A stretch of 64,000 bases of DNA from NCBI GenBank assembly GCA_963801815.1, contig CAWDGJ010000003.1:32001-96000 (forward strand), in the 5' to 3' direction. The translations under genes and the position numbers were made by a program. This document shows, in pieces, positions 48,240-56,415 of this stretch (position 1 is the first letter of the stretch; each line of letters starts with the position of its first letter). Below the pieces are notes generated by a model. It did not search any database. It was not told the DNA's origin and was given only the letters and a program-made list of their open reading frames with translations. This DNA is from an uncultured Verrucomicrobiae bacterium (GTDB taxonomy: Bacteria > Verrucomicrobiota > Verrucomicrobiia > Chthoniobacterales > UBA10450).

Positions 48240-48269
48240 AGTCCGTCCGATTGGCGGACCGGACTGGCA
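48240..48269 (-). repeat. Micro-element copy whose loop is replaced by another mini-hairpin
   Basis: Minus strand TGCCAGTCCGG-[TCCGCCAATCGGA]-CGGACT. Confidence 0.65.
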
Positions 48270-48385
48270 GTATAAAGGAAAATGACGAGTGCCATGTAAC
48301 GGGTGACGAGATAAGCAAGGATCAGGCGAGGGAGCAAATTGCTTAACGACGCGATTCCTGTAAAATTTCGGGTTCGAATCGACAA

Positions 48386-51300
48386 ATGACTCCATTGGTT
48401 TCAACGGTCGCGGAAAAGCTCGACCGCGCAGTCCAAAAGGTGACGCCACTCGCGTATCGCGTGCGTCGCCAGGGACGGCGTCTAGTCCGGCGCGCCTTGC
48501 GCAAGCCGCGCAGCGTTGCGGAAGGCCCGAACTTGTTGCCGCTGCTTATCCAAGTGCTGGCGAGTTTTTCCAAGGCGGACGGCGTTCTGCTTGAAGAGGA
48601 AATCGACTCGAGCCTTGGGTTTCTCCGCTACGATTATCCTGAAACGGTTTACTCCGAGCTGCGTCAACTTTTCCGTCAGGCGCTTTACGAGCAGCAGGAT
48701 CTGGCGGCGATGGCGCAAAAACTGAGCACGCAGCTCAGCACCGAGCGGAAAATCATGCTCGGCGTCCAACTTTACGATTTGATTTCGCAGGCCGGACTGA
48801 AACAGGAACAAGTCGTCGCGTTTTATTCGTTCATGTCGCTGCTTGGGATGGCGGCGCAGGCAATTGACATTGTTTATCAACTCAACGCATCCGAAGACGC
48901 CGACCCCTCGATTTATCAGCGCGGCGCGTCGCCGTTGGAATCACTTTCGTTCGCCAACAACGGCAAAGCCGACGTGAAAATGAAAAGTCTGACCGATGCC
49001 GATCGGCTGATGGCGTTTCGTTATCACGAGCTGATTCTGCTGAAGAACTACAGCGGCCAGAATGTTTCCGTGCGCGGGCGGCCGCTATTGCGCGGCGGGT
49101 TCTGTCGAATTTATCCGGGCCAGCGAATTCTGGTCGGCGACACGGTGCTGACCTACCAGGAGCTGGCGCAATATTTCAACGCAAAGAAGAACGTTTCCGT
49201 CCCACAGATTTACGTGCGGGTAAACAAAGACGCCGACGAGGTGGCGCTGGAACGCGCGCGGACGCGCGAAAGCGCCCTCGAAATTGCATTCGGATTAAAA
49301 GTTCGAATCAAGGCGTTGCGCGATGTGGATGCGGTGCTCAACGGCGTGAAACTCAAAGCCGGCGCGCAGGTGGAAGCGTCGCTCGAGGACAGAATCACCT
49401 TCCACAACAACAGCGAGATGGATTTGAGCGACCTCCGCCGTCGCGCTCGCGCACTCGGCGGCCGGTTTCAACTTAAAGCCTCCAAATCGGAATACCTGGT
49501 CTCGAACGATCCGAGCAAACTTCAGGCAGACGACATCTTGCTTTCGCCGGGAACGGCAGGCGACGTGTTGCTGAAAATTTTCTGCGATTACGATAAGCGC
49601 GTCGGGCAATTGGAAGTGATCGAAGCCGACCGGCCGATCATGGTGGGTGAGGCTTCGGTAAGAACGACCTATCCGCTGAAGGATGGCGACACCATCAGAA
49701 TCGACATCGGACAATTCCTGCGTTGCAACTTTTCCGAACGCATCATCGAAGAAGAGCGGAACATCATTCGCACGTACGAGCTGAGCGAAGTGACGCACCG
49801 ATTTGGTAGCGGCGACATCGCGCTCGACGGAATCTCGTTCGGCCTGACCCGTGGCGAGCTGGTGTGCGTGATGGGCGCGAGCGGTTGCGGCAAGAGCACG
49901 CTGTTGCGCGTACTGGCGGGACAGCTTCAACCGAGTAGCGGCAATGTTTATCTGAACGGTCGCTCGCTTTATCCGAACCTCGACGAGCTCAAGAAATACG
50001 TCAGCTACATCCCGCAGGAAGATGCTTTTGATGAGCACCTGACGATTGGTGAGAACCTGCAATTCGCGGCGGCGATTCGTTCGCCCCACTTGTCGCGCCG
50101 GGATCGCGTTCGACGGTTGGAAGCGAAGCTGGTCGAGCTCGGATTAGGCGAACGCCGCGATGCCGTAGTAGGCGCCGCGTCGAAGAAGACGTTGAGCGGC
50201 GGGGAACGAAAGCGACTCAACATTGGTCTCGATATGATCGGTATGTCGGACGTTTATCTGTTCGACGAACCGACATCGGGTTTGTCGTCGAAAGATTCCG
50301 AGCACGTCATCGAGATCATTCGATCGATGGCGCACAACAAGATCATCATCGTCACGATCCACCAGCCGAGCTCGAAGTTGTTCCAGATGTTTCACAAGGC
50401 GGTGTTGCTGGACAAGGGTGGACGCCTTGTCTTTTTCGGAACACCGACCGAGATGCTTCGTTATTTCGCTGAAGCCGAGCATCAACATCAATTCGGCGCG
50501 GAAATGGGCGCATGCCCGGCGTGCGGCACGACGCGGCCGGAATTCATTTTCGACGTGCTCGAAACTCCACTGCGCGACTTGAGCGGTGACATTATCTACG
50601 AGGAGAACAGCCGCGGGCAGCTGGTGGCGGCGCGACGTTATTCGCCCGAATTCTGGCGCGACAAATACGAAGCTTTTCGACTGATCCAGGACGTGAAGCA
50701 GGTCTCGCTGCGACGCGAGCACGCGCCACCGGTACCGGCGACAGCCGCCCAAAAGCGAAAACGGACACCGATCCGCTGGCACGATGAGTGGACACAATTC
50801 CGCGCCCTGTTGAGGCGTTCATTTATTAGCAAACTACGCAACCGCGCGAATATTTGGATTACGACGTGTGCGGCGCCGGTCCTTGCCTTGTTGATTGGCA
50901 CGTTGTTGCGCTATTCCGAAAGCGGGAAATACGATTTCGCATCCGCGTTTCACATTCCGACGTACTTGTTCCTCGGATTGCTGGTCGCGATGTTTCTTTC
51001 GCTGACCAACAGCGCGGACGACATCATCCGCGACCGACCGGTGTTGCAGCGCGAGCGCAACCTCGATGTGCGATTGCCGTATTACATCTTCGCCAAGATG
51101 TCGTCGCTGTCGGTGTTCGCGCTGGTCCAGTGCGTCCTCTTCGTGCTGCTTGGCAATTACGTTCTCGAAATCCGCGGCATGTTCTGGCTCCACCTGGGCT
51201 TAATGTTCATGACGTCGGTAGGCAGCCTCGCGCTCGGTCTGCTGGTGTCGTCGATTGTCTCCGACGCCAAAACGGCGGCCAACATCGTGCCGCTGGTGCT

Positions 51301-52000
51301 CATTCCTCAGATCCTGATGAGCGGCGCTCTAATTAAATATGAGGACATGAATCGGAACCTCAGCCTGGTGTATTCGCTGACGCGCTGGTTCCACGAACAT
51401 CCTAACAAAGACCGCGGCAAAAAGATGGACAGCAGATTGGAGGTGCCCTTCGTTTGTCAGTTTATCCCGATGCGCTGGTCCTACGAAGAAATGGTCGTCG
51501 CCCAGGCCAAATTGAATCCGCTGACTTCACGACAGGACCGGGCGCAACGCGAGATCGACGCAATCGTTGCAAAACACTCGTCTGATCCGGCGGATGGGAA
51601 ACGGCTCGATGAGCTGAAGGAAGTGCTCGCGGTGCTGTCTGGTCTCGAAGCGAAATCGGCCAAAGAGCTCGATCATTATCTCAAGAAGGTCGACCTGGTG
51701 TTCAATCGGAAGAAGGCGTTCGACCCGCAGGATTTCAAAGACGCAAAGGGGGCGGTCACGGCGGAGCAGATTTATGTGAACCAAAAGGTCTCCGACTTGA
51801 TTTCGAACGCCGAGATGGAGCAGAGCGACTACCGTCGCGGCACCAGGCCGAATGTTTTCTTCGGTGCGGAAAAAGGTTATCTCGGAGTGAAGATCAGTGT
51901 CTTTCTCTTCAACACAGTTGTCCTGATTGGATCGACCATTGGCTTGCTCGGACTGTTGTACTGGATCTTGCGGCGGCAACTCGAAGTCCGGCGCACTTGA
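48386..52000 (+). CDS. Large ABCG-like fused transporter: TerB-like N-terminus, FHA-like beta domains, ABC ATPase and ABC-2 permease
   Basis: SKADGVLLEEEI (TerB-like); GASGCGKS, LSGGERKR, LFDEPTSGL, TIHQPS; C-terminal TM helices. Confidence 0.85.
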   Translation: MTPLVSTVAEKLDRAVQKVTPLAYRVRRQGRRLVRRALRKPRSVAEGPNLLPLLIQVLASFSKADGVLLEEEIDSSLGFLRYDYPETVYSELRQLFRQALYEQQDLAAMAQKLSTQLSTERKIMLGVQLYDLISQAGLKQEQVVAFYSFMSLLGMAAQAIDIVYQLNASEDADPSIYQRGASPLESLSFANNGKADVKMKSLTDADRLMAFRYHELILLKNYSGQNVSVRGRPLLRGGFCRIYPGQRILVGDTVLTYQELAQYFNAKKNVSVPQIYVRVNKDADEVALERARTRESALEIAFGLKVRIKALRDVDAVLNGVKLKAGAQVEASLEDRITFHNNSEMDLSDLRRRARALGGRFQLKASKSEYLVSNDPSKLQADDILLSPGTAGDVLLKIFCDYDKRVGQLEVIEADRPIMVGEASVRTTYPLKDGDTIRIDIGQFLRCNFSERIIEEERNIIRTYELSEVTHRFGSGDIALDGISFGLTRGELVCVMGASGCGKSTLLRVLAGQLQPSSGNVYLNGRSLYPNLDELKKYVSYIPQEDAFDEHLTIGENLQFAAAIRSPHLSRRDRVRRLEAKLVELGLGERRDAVVGAASKKTLSGGERKRLNIGLDMIGMSDVYLFDEPTSGLSSKDSEHVIEIIRSMAHNKIIIVTIHQPSSKLFQMFHKAVLLDKGGRLVFFGTPTEMLRYFAEAEHQHQFGAEMGACPACGTTRPEFIFDVLETPLRDLSGDIIYEENSRGQLVAARRYSPEFWRDKYEAFRLIQDVKQVSLRREHAPPVPATAAQKRKRTPIRWHDEWTQFRALLRRSFISKLRNRANIWITTCAAPVLALLIGTLLRYSESGKYDFASAFHIPTYLFLGLLVAMFLSLTNSADDIIRDRPVLQRERNLDVRLPYYIFAKMSSLSVFALVQCVLFVLLGNYVLEIRGMFWLHLGLMFMTSVGSLALGLLVSSIVSDAKTAANIVPLVLIPQILMSGALIKYEDMNRNLSLVYSLTRWFHEHPNKDRGKKMDSRLEVPFVCQFIPMRWSYEEMVVAQAKLNPLTSRQDRAQREIDAIVAKHSSDPADGKRLDELKEVLAVLSGLEAKSAKELDHYLKKVDLVFNRKKAFDPQDFKDAKGAVTAEQIYVNQKVSDLISNAEMEQSDYRRGTRPNVFFGAEKGYLGVKISVFLFNTVVLIGSTIGLLGLLYWILRRQLEVRRT

Positions 52001-52010
52001 TTGCAATAAC

Positions 52011-52143
52011 ACCGCGCTTCAGCGCGGTGAGACTCAGCCACTTTTCGCGCGAACCGCGTTAGCGGTTTTCATCCTGGAGAAAACTGCTGAAGCAGTTTGG
52101 GATGGCCCGTTGCCGTTGACACCCCGCTGAAGCGGGGTGTTAG
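52011..52143. repeat. Multi-hairpin intergenic repeat
   Basis: ACCGCGCT-tc-AGCGCGGT, AAACTGCT-ga-AGCAGTTT, ACACCCCGCT-ga-AGCGGGGTGT. Confidence 0.65.
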
Positions 52144-52166
52144 TGGAGTTCGTTTTCGAAATTCTC

Positions 52167-53291
52167 ATGGCGACCACAACCAATGGCGAAACGAAGCTCA
52201 TTGTCGCGCCGAGCGACATCGACGCTGATATGCTTTATGCGACGAAGTTCTGGGCGGGGGATCCGTTCATTTTTCTGCAGCAAGACGGCAAACGCACGAT
52301 TGTTTTGAGCGATTTAGAAATGGGCCGCGGGCGGAAAAACGCGAAGGTCGACGAATTTGTTTCGTTTAATCAGCTCGAGCGCGAAGTGCAGGGAAGTTCG
52401 AAACAAGCGCCGCCATTTGAAAAAGTGCTCGGGCATTTTCTGCGGAAGCGCGGCGTGAAGAGCGCGACGGTGCCGGCAAGTTTCCACCTTGGCTATGCCC
52501 GCGAGCTGCAGGATGTCGATCTTTCCACACCCGATGGATTGTTTTGGCCCGCGCGCGAAGCGAAGACCGACGAAGAACTGAAACTCATTGGTCGCGCATT
52601 GCGGATCACTGAGACCGGACTCAAACGAGCGATGGAGGTTTTGAAGGCGTCGAAGCCGAAAGGGAAGAAACTGATTTGGTCGGGCAAACCGCTGACGTCG
52701 GAATTACTCCGCGCTGAAATCGACACCGCGATATTGCGCGCCGGTGGCGTGGCGATGAACACGATCGTTGCCGGTGGGGACCAAGCCTGCGATCCGCACG
52801 AGCGCGGCTCCGGGCCGCTTCCCGCGAATTCGTTGATCATTCTCGACATTTTCCCGCGCGATTCGCGATCCGGCTACTGGGGCGACATGACGCGAACGGT
52901 TGTGCGCGGACGCGCGAGCGATGCGCAACGCAAACTTTGGCAAACGGTGTTGGACGGACAGGAACTCGCGCTTCGCGAAATCAAAGACGGCGTTGACGGA
53001 ATGACGATCCACAAGGCGATCCAGGCGCTGTTCAAGAAGCGTGGTTATCCGACCGAAGTTCGCAACGGCGTGAATGTCGGATTCTTTCACGGGACCGGCC
53101 ACGGACTAGGATTGGAGATTCACGAATATCCGCGCCTGCAAAAGGTTGTTCTCAAAGATCGACAATGTCTTACCGTCGAGCCGGGGCTTTATTATCCCGG
53201 TCTGGGCGGCGTTCGGCACGAAGACGTGGTGGTTGTGACCAAGACCGGTTGCAAAATTTTGTCGCGATTCCCCAAGCCATTGGAGATTTAA
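52167..53291 (+). CDS. Xaa-Pro aminopeptidase (M24 family)
   Basis: DPHERG, ILDIFP…GDMTRT, HGTGHGLGLEIHE, TVEPGLY, GGVRHED. Confidence 0.92.
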   Translation: MATTTNGETKLIVAPSDIDADMLYATKFWAGDPFIFLQQDGKRTIVLSDLEMGRGRKNAKVDEFVSFNQLEREVQGSSKQAPPFEKVLGHFLRKRGVKSATVPASFHLGYARELQDVDLSTPDGLFWPAREAKTDEELKLIGRALRITETGLKRAMEVLKASKPKGKKLIWSGKPLTSELLRAEIDTAILRAGGVAMNTIVAGGDQACDPHERGSGPLPANSLIILDIFPRDSRSGYWGDMTRTVVRGRASDAQRKLWQTVLDGQELALREIKDGVDGMTIHKAIQALFKKRGYPTEVRNGVNVGFFHGTGHGLGLEIHEYPRLQKVVLKDRQCLTVEPGLYYPGLGGVRHEDVVVVTKTGCKILSRFPKPLEI

Positions 53292-53341
53292 GTAGCGGCG
53301 ATTTGACCTCAATCGCCATGGCGGTTCGGTGAACCGCCACT
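53292..53341. repeat. GTAG-type REP-like doublet
   Basis: GTAGCGGCGATT-tgacctc-AATCGCC; GGCGGTTC-ggt-GAACCGCC. Confidence 0.65.
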
Positions 53342-53348
53342 GCCAAAT

Positions 53349-53375
53349 GAACGCCTGTTCAGCTTGAGCGTCTAA
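53349..53375 (+). promoter_or_regulatory. ECF-sigma-like promoter GAAC-N17-GTCTAA
   Basis: GAACGCCTGTTCAGCTTGAGCGTCTAA, 25 bp before the first ATG of the run containing the ECF sigma gene. Confidence 0.5.
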
Positions 53376-53400
53376 TCTAGGCAACTAGATTACCACAGGC

Positions 53401-54096
53401 ATGTTCTATCCATTAGGGTTTGGGAATCACTGGCTGCTCTACATCGGTGTTCCGCTGATCCTCGGGATTTGGGCGCAGATTCGGGTGAGCGGTGCGTTCA
53501 ATCGCTGGGGAAAAGTGCGGGCTTCCGCCAACATTACCGGCGCGGAGTGCGCGCGCGAGATCTTGCAGGCCGCACAAATCCACGATGTCGACGTTGTGCA
53601 GACCGACGGATTTCTGGGCGATCACTACGACCCGGCGAACAAAAAACTTTGTCTGTCGAGTAATGTCTATAACACGCCGTCGGTGGCCGCGCTGGGAATT
53701 GCGGCGCACGAAACCGGTCACGCAATCCAGCACGCGAAAGCGTATGCGCCATTGAAATGGCGAATGGCGATCGTGCCGGTGACGATGGTCGCGTCGCAAA
53801 TGCTGCCGTTCATCATCATTGGCGGACTGTGGTTTCGCATTACCGGCCTGATCACGCTCGGCATCTATTGTTATCTGATCCTCGCGATCTTCCAGTTGAT
53901 CACGTTGCCGGTGGAATTCGACGCTTCACGGCGCGCGAAAATTATTTTGCAACAAATGCGAATCATTCAGCCGGGCGAGGAAACCGCAGGCGTGAACAAC
54001 GTCCTCAACGCCGCTGCGCTCACTTACGTGGCGGCTTTTATCGCCGCCCTCGGAAACCTGCTGTGGTTGATGTCCATGCGCGATAGGCGAAATTAA
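53401..54096 (+). CDS. Membrane zinc metallopeptidase (Zn_peptidase_2/YugP-like)
   Basis: DHYDP, AAHETGHAIQH, TLPVEFDASRRA, AAALTYVA. Confidence 0.9.
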   Translation: MFYPLGFGNHWLLYIGVPLILGIWAQIRVSGAFNRWGKVRASANITGAECAREILQAAQIHDVDVVQTDGFLGDHYDPANKKLCLSSNVYNTPSVAALGIAAHETGHAIQHAKAYAPLKWRMAIVPVTMVASQMLPFIIIGGLWFRITGLITLGIYCYLILAIFQLITLPVEFDASRRAKIILQQMRIIQPGEETAGVNNVLNAAALTYVAAFIAALGNLLWLMSMRDRRN

Positions 54097-54116
54097 GCGG
54101 ATTCCAATTGAAGAAC

Positions 54117-54806
54117 ATGAATCCTGCAATCGCGTTACGACCGGCCCGGCGTATTGCCGATTTGTTGTCGTCCGGCCCGGATGCTGATGCTAAGTCTAAA
54201 AAGAAGGCGATGGACGAAGCCCGCAAGGATGAAGATCAGCAGCTAGTGGCGCGCACCCAGCAGGGGGATGCCGGCGCGTTCGACGATTTGGTCGTCAAGT
54301 ACACGCCGCGTCTTTACGGACTCGTTTACAATATGACCTCGAACCACGAGGACACGAACGACCTGTTGCAGGACATTTTCGCCAAGGCTTACAAAGCAAT
54401 CCGCGGCTTTCGGGGCAAATCGTCGTTCTACACATGGATCCACTCCATCGCCGTAAACATGACCCTGAACTTCCTCAAAAAGCGTGGACGGCGCTATTCG
54501 CTGAGCCTGGACGACGTCGACGCCAGCATTCAGAACGACAAGGAATTCCTCGAAGCCACCGCTTCCAGCAGCCCGGTGAGGGAAGCGGACCTGTCAGAGC
54601 TCCAAAAAAGGTTGAACGAGGCGATGATGAAATTGTCTGATGAACACAGAGCTGTGGTAACAATGTTTCATATCCAGGGGATGCCCCACGCAGAGATCAG
54701 TAAAATCTTGAATGTTTCTGAAGGCACAGTACGATCCCGTCTCTTCTACGCCAACCGGCAGCTGCAAAACTATCTGGACGAATTTCGGAAGAACCCGGTC
54801 ACCTGA
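54117..54806 (+). CDS. ECF (sigma-70 group 4) RNA polymerase sigma factor, RpoE-like; start may be 54209
   Basis: DQQLV…GDAGAFDDLV, DLLQDIF, FRGKSSFYTWIHSIAVN, EISKILNVSEGTVRSRLFYA. Confidence 0.92.
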   Translation: MNPAIALRPARRIADLLSSGPDADAKSKKKAMDEARKDEDQQLVARTQQGDAGAFDDLVVKYTPRLYGLVYNMTSNHEDTNDLLQDIFAKAYKAIRGFRGKSSFYTWIHSIAVNMTLNFLKKRGRRYSLSLDDVDASIQNDKEFLEATASSSPVREADLSELQKRLNEAMMKLSDEHRAVVTMFHIQGMPHAEISKILNVSEGTVRSRLFYANRQLQNYLDEFRKNPVT

Positions 54807-54818
54807 TCTGCGCTCAAA

Positions 54819-55310
54819 ATGGACGAATTCAACGACACTGAAATTGCGAAATTGCTTCGACTGAAGCGATACGAACAACCGCCTCCGGGCTATTTCGACG
54901 ACTTCCTTCACGAATTTCATCGCCGCCAGCGTAACGAACTTTTGCGGCAACCGCTTTGGCGGATCTGTGTCGATCGGGCGCGCGATTTTGTATTCCAGTT
55001 CAATCTTTCCACTCTCACTTCTTCTCCAGTCGCAGTTACGGCCGTTCTGATTTGCGCGGCCGTTCTTTCACTGCGGATCTATCAAACACCCCAGCCGGCG
55101 ACGGTTGCCTTTAAGGAACGATCTGCTCTCGCCGTTCCTGCCAGCACCGAGGACGAGTGGACTCTGGCATCACCCGTGGCCACACGGGTTTTCACCACGC
55201 GGTCGCTTCGCAATATGACGGAAAGCGCCCAAACTCACCGAACCGGTACGCCGCCGCGCTACGTGCTCGACAGCGTGCCCGTGAGTTATGAGACGACTTT
55301 CAAGTTTTAG
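54819..55310 (+). CDS. Putative single-pass anti-sigma factor
   Basis: Follows the ECF sigma; LLRLKRYEQPPPGYFDDF cytoplasmic segment followed by one TM helix. Confidence 0.6.
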   Translation: MDEFNDTEIAKLLRLKRYEQPPPGYFDDFLHEFHRRQRNELLRQPLWRICVDRARDFVFQFNLSTLTSSPVAVTAVLICAAVLSLRIYQTPQPATVAFKERSALAVPASTEDEWTLASPVATRVFTTRSLRNMTESAQTHRTGTPPRYVLDSVPVSYETTFKF

Positions 55311-56409
55311 AATCGCCAATCGTCTGTTGGCGCCGCGGTTTCGAATCATTTCGAAGGTCGCATTTACCTTTGGTTTTATCGCTTTGGCGGCGAGTAATCG
55401 CCAGTCGAATGCGCAAACACAACCGCAGCCTGACCAATCAGCCGCACCTCCCAGCCAGGAGAAATCTGTCGTGACCATCAGTCGCGAGGTGAAAGAAGTT
55501 TTCGACCGCTGCGCCAAAGCCGTCGTGAAAATCGACGCGACTGATCAACATGGCGATCTCTCCGGCACCGGTTTCTTTGTCGATCCCACGGGCACGCTTT
55601 ACACCGCTTATTCAGTCGGTGGCGAAGCCGAGAACATCAACGTCGAGTTTAAGGGCAAGAAATATCCGGCGCATCAGCTGATGGCCGATTTGCGCAGCGG
55701 GATAGCAATGTTAAAGGTCGACCTGGCCAGCCCAGCGCTACCCATCGGAAATTCGGACCAACTCGAAATCGCCACTCCGGTGGTGACGATTGGCTATCCA
55801 CTCGATCTTTCAGAAACCCCTAGCTTCGGCATGATCGCCGGGTTCGATCGCAAATGTAACGGTGGGTATTTTCCGACCAGGCATTTGCGGGTGAATTTGC
55901 CGCCGCAACGCGGAGAGGGTGGTGCGCCACTTTTGAATTTGAAAGGGGAGGTCGTCGGAATTCTACTTTACAGCTTCGAAAGCAATTCCTGTTATGCGTT
56001 GCCGATCGAGGCCGCAGAAAAACTTCGCAGCGATTATGTCCGCTTCGGCGAGCCTCGGTATGGCTGGATTGGGACCAACGTCCAAGAAGCCGCTGCGGCG
56101 GTCGAGGGCTCGCGAGCTGTGACGACAAAGGTGATGAAGGACACGCCAGCCGCCGAAGCTGGTCTCAAGCCGGGCGACGTGGTTCTTCAAATTGGTCGGA
56201 CAAAGGTGCATGAGCCTGAAGACATTCTCGAAGCGTCGTTCTTTTTGACTGCCGGCGACGCGGTGCCGATAACCGTTGCGCGTGACGGTGAAAAGATCAC
56301 ATTTCAGATTCAGGCGGACTCATATCCAGACGGACGGCTGGCGGCGCCCCCATCTTTGAATCGAGCGATGCCGCTGAATCTGCAGTCCGTGCCGCAAGGC
56401 ACGCCATAA
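55288..56409 (+). CDS. HtrA/DegS-like S1C trypsin plus PDZ protein with a degenerate catalytic triad
   Basis: SGTGFFVD, IGNSDQL, IGYP, G.PLLNLKGEVVGI, PDZ TPAAEAGLKPGDVV. The His, Asp and Ser positions read TAYSV, SGIAML and GEGGAP. Confidence 0.85.
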   Translation: MRRLSSFRIANRLLAPRFRIISKVAFTFGFIALAASNRQSNAQTQPQPDQSAAPPSQEKSVVTISREVKEVFDRCAKAVVKIDATDQHGDLSGTGFFVDPTGTLYTAYSVGGEAENINVEFKGKKYPAHQLMADLRSGIAMLKVDLASPALPIGNSDQLEIATPVVTIGYPLDLSETPSFGMIAGFDRKCNGGYFPTRHLRVNLPPQRGEGGAPLLNLKGEVVGILLYSFESNSCYALPIEAAEKLRSDYVRFGEPRYGWIGTNVQEAAAAVEGSRAVTTKVMKDTPAAEAGLKPGDVVLQIGRTKVHEPEDILEASFFLTAGDAVPITVARDGEKITFQIQADSYPDGRLAAPPSLNRAMPLNLQSVPQGTP

Positions 56410-56415
56410 GACGTC

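Noticed and set aside
53349..53360. Gram-positive-type LexA box GAAC-N4-GTTC
   Set aside because: The SOS genes here use the opposite TGTTC-N4-GAACA arrangement and the downstream genes are not repair genes. It is better explained as an ECF -35 element.
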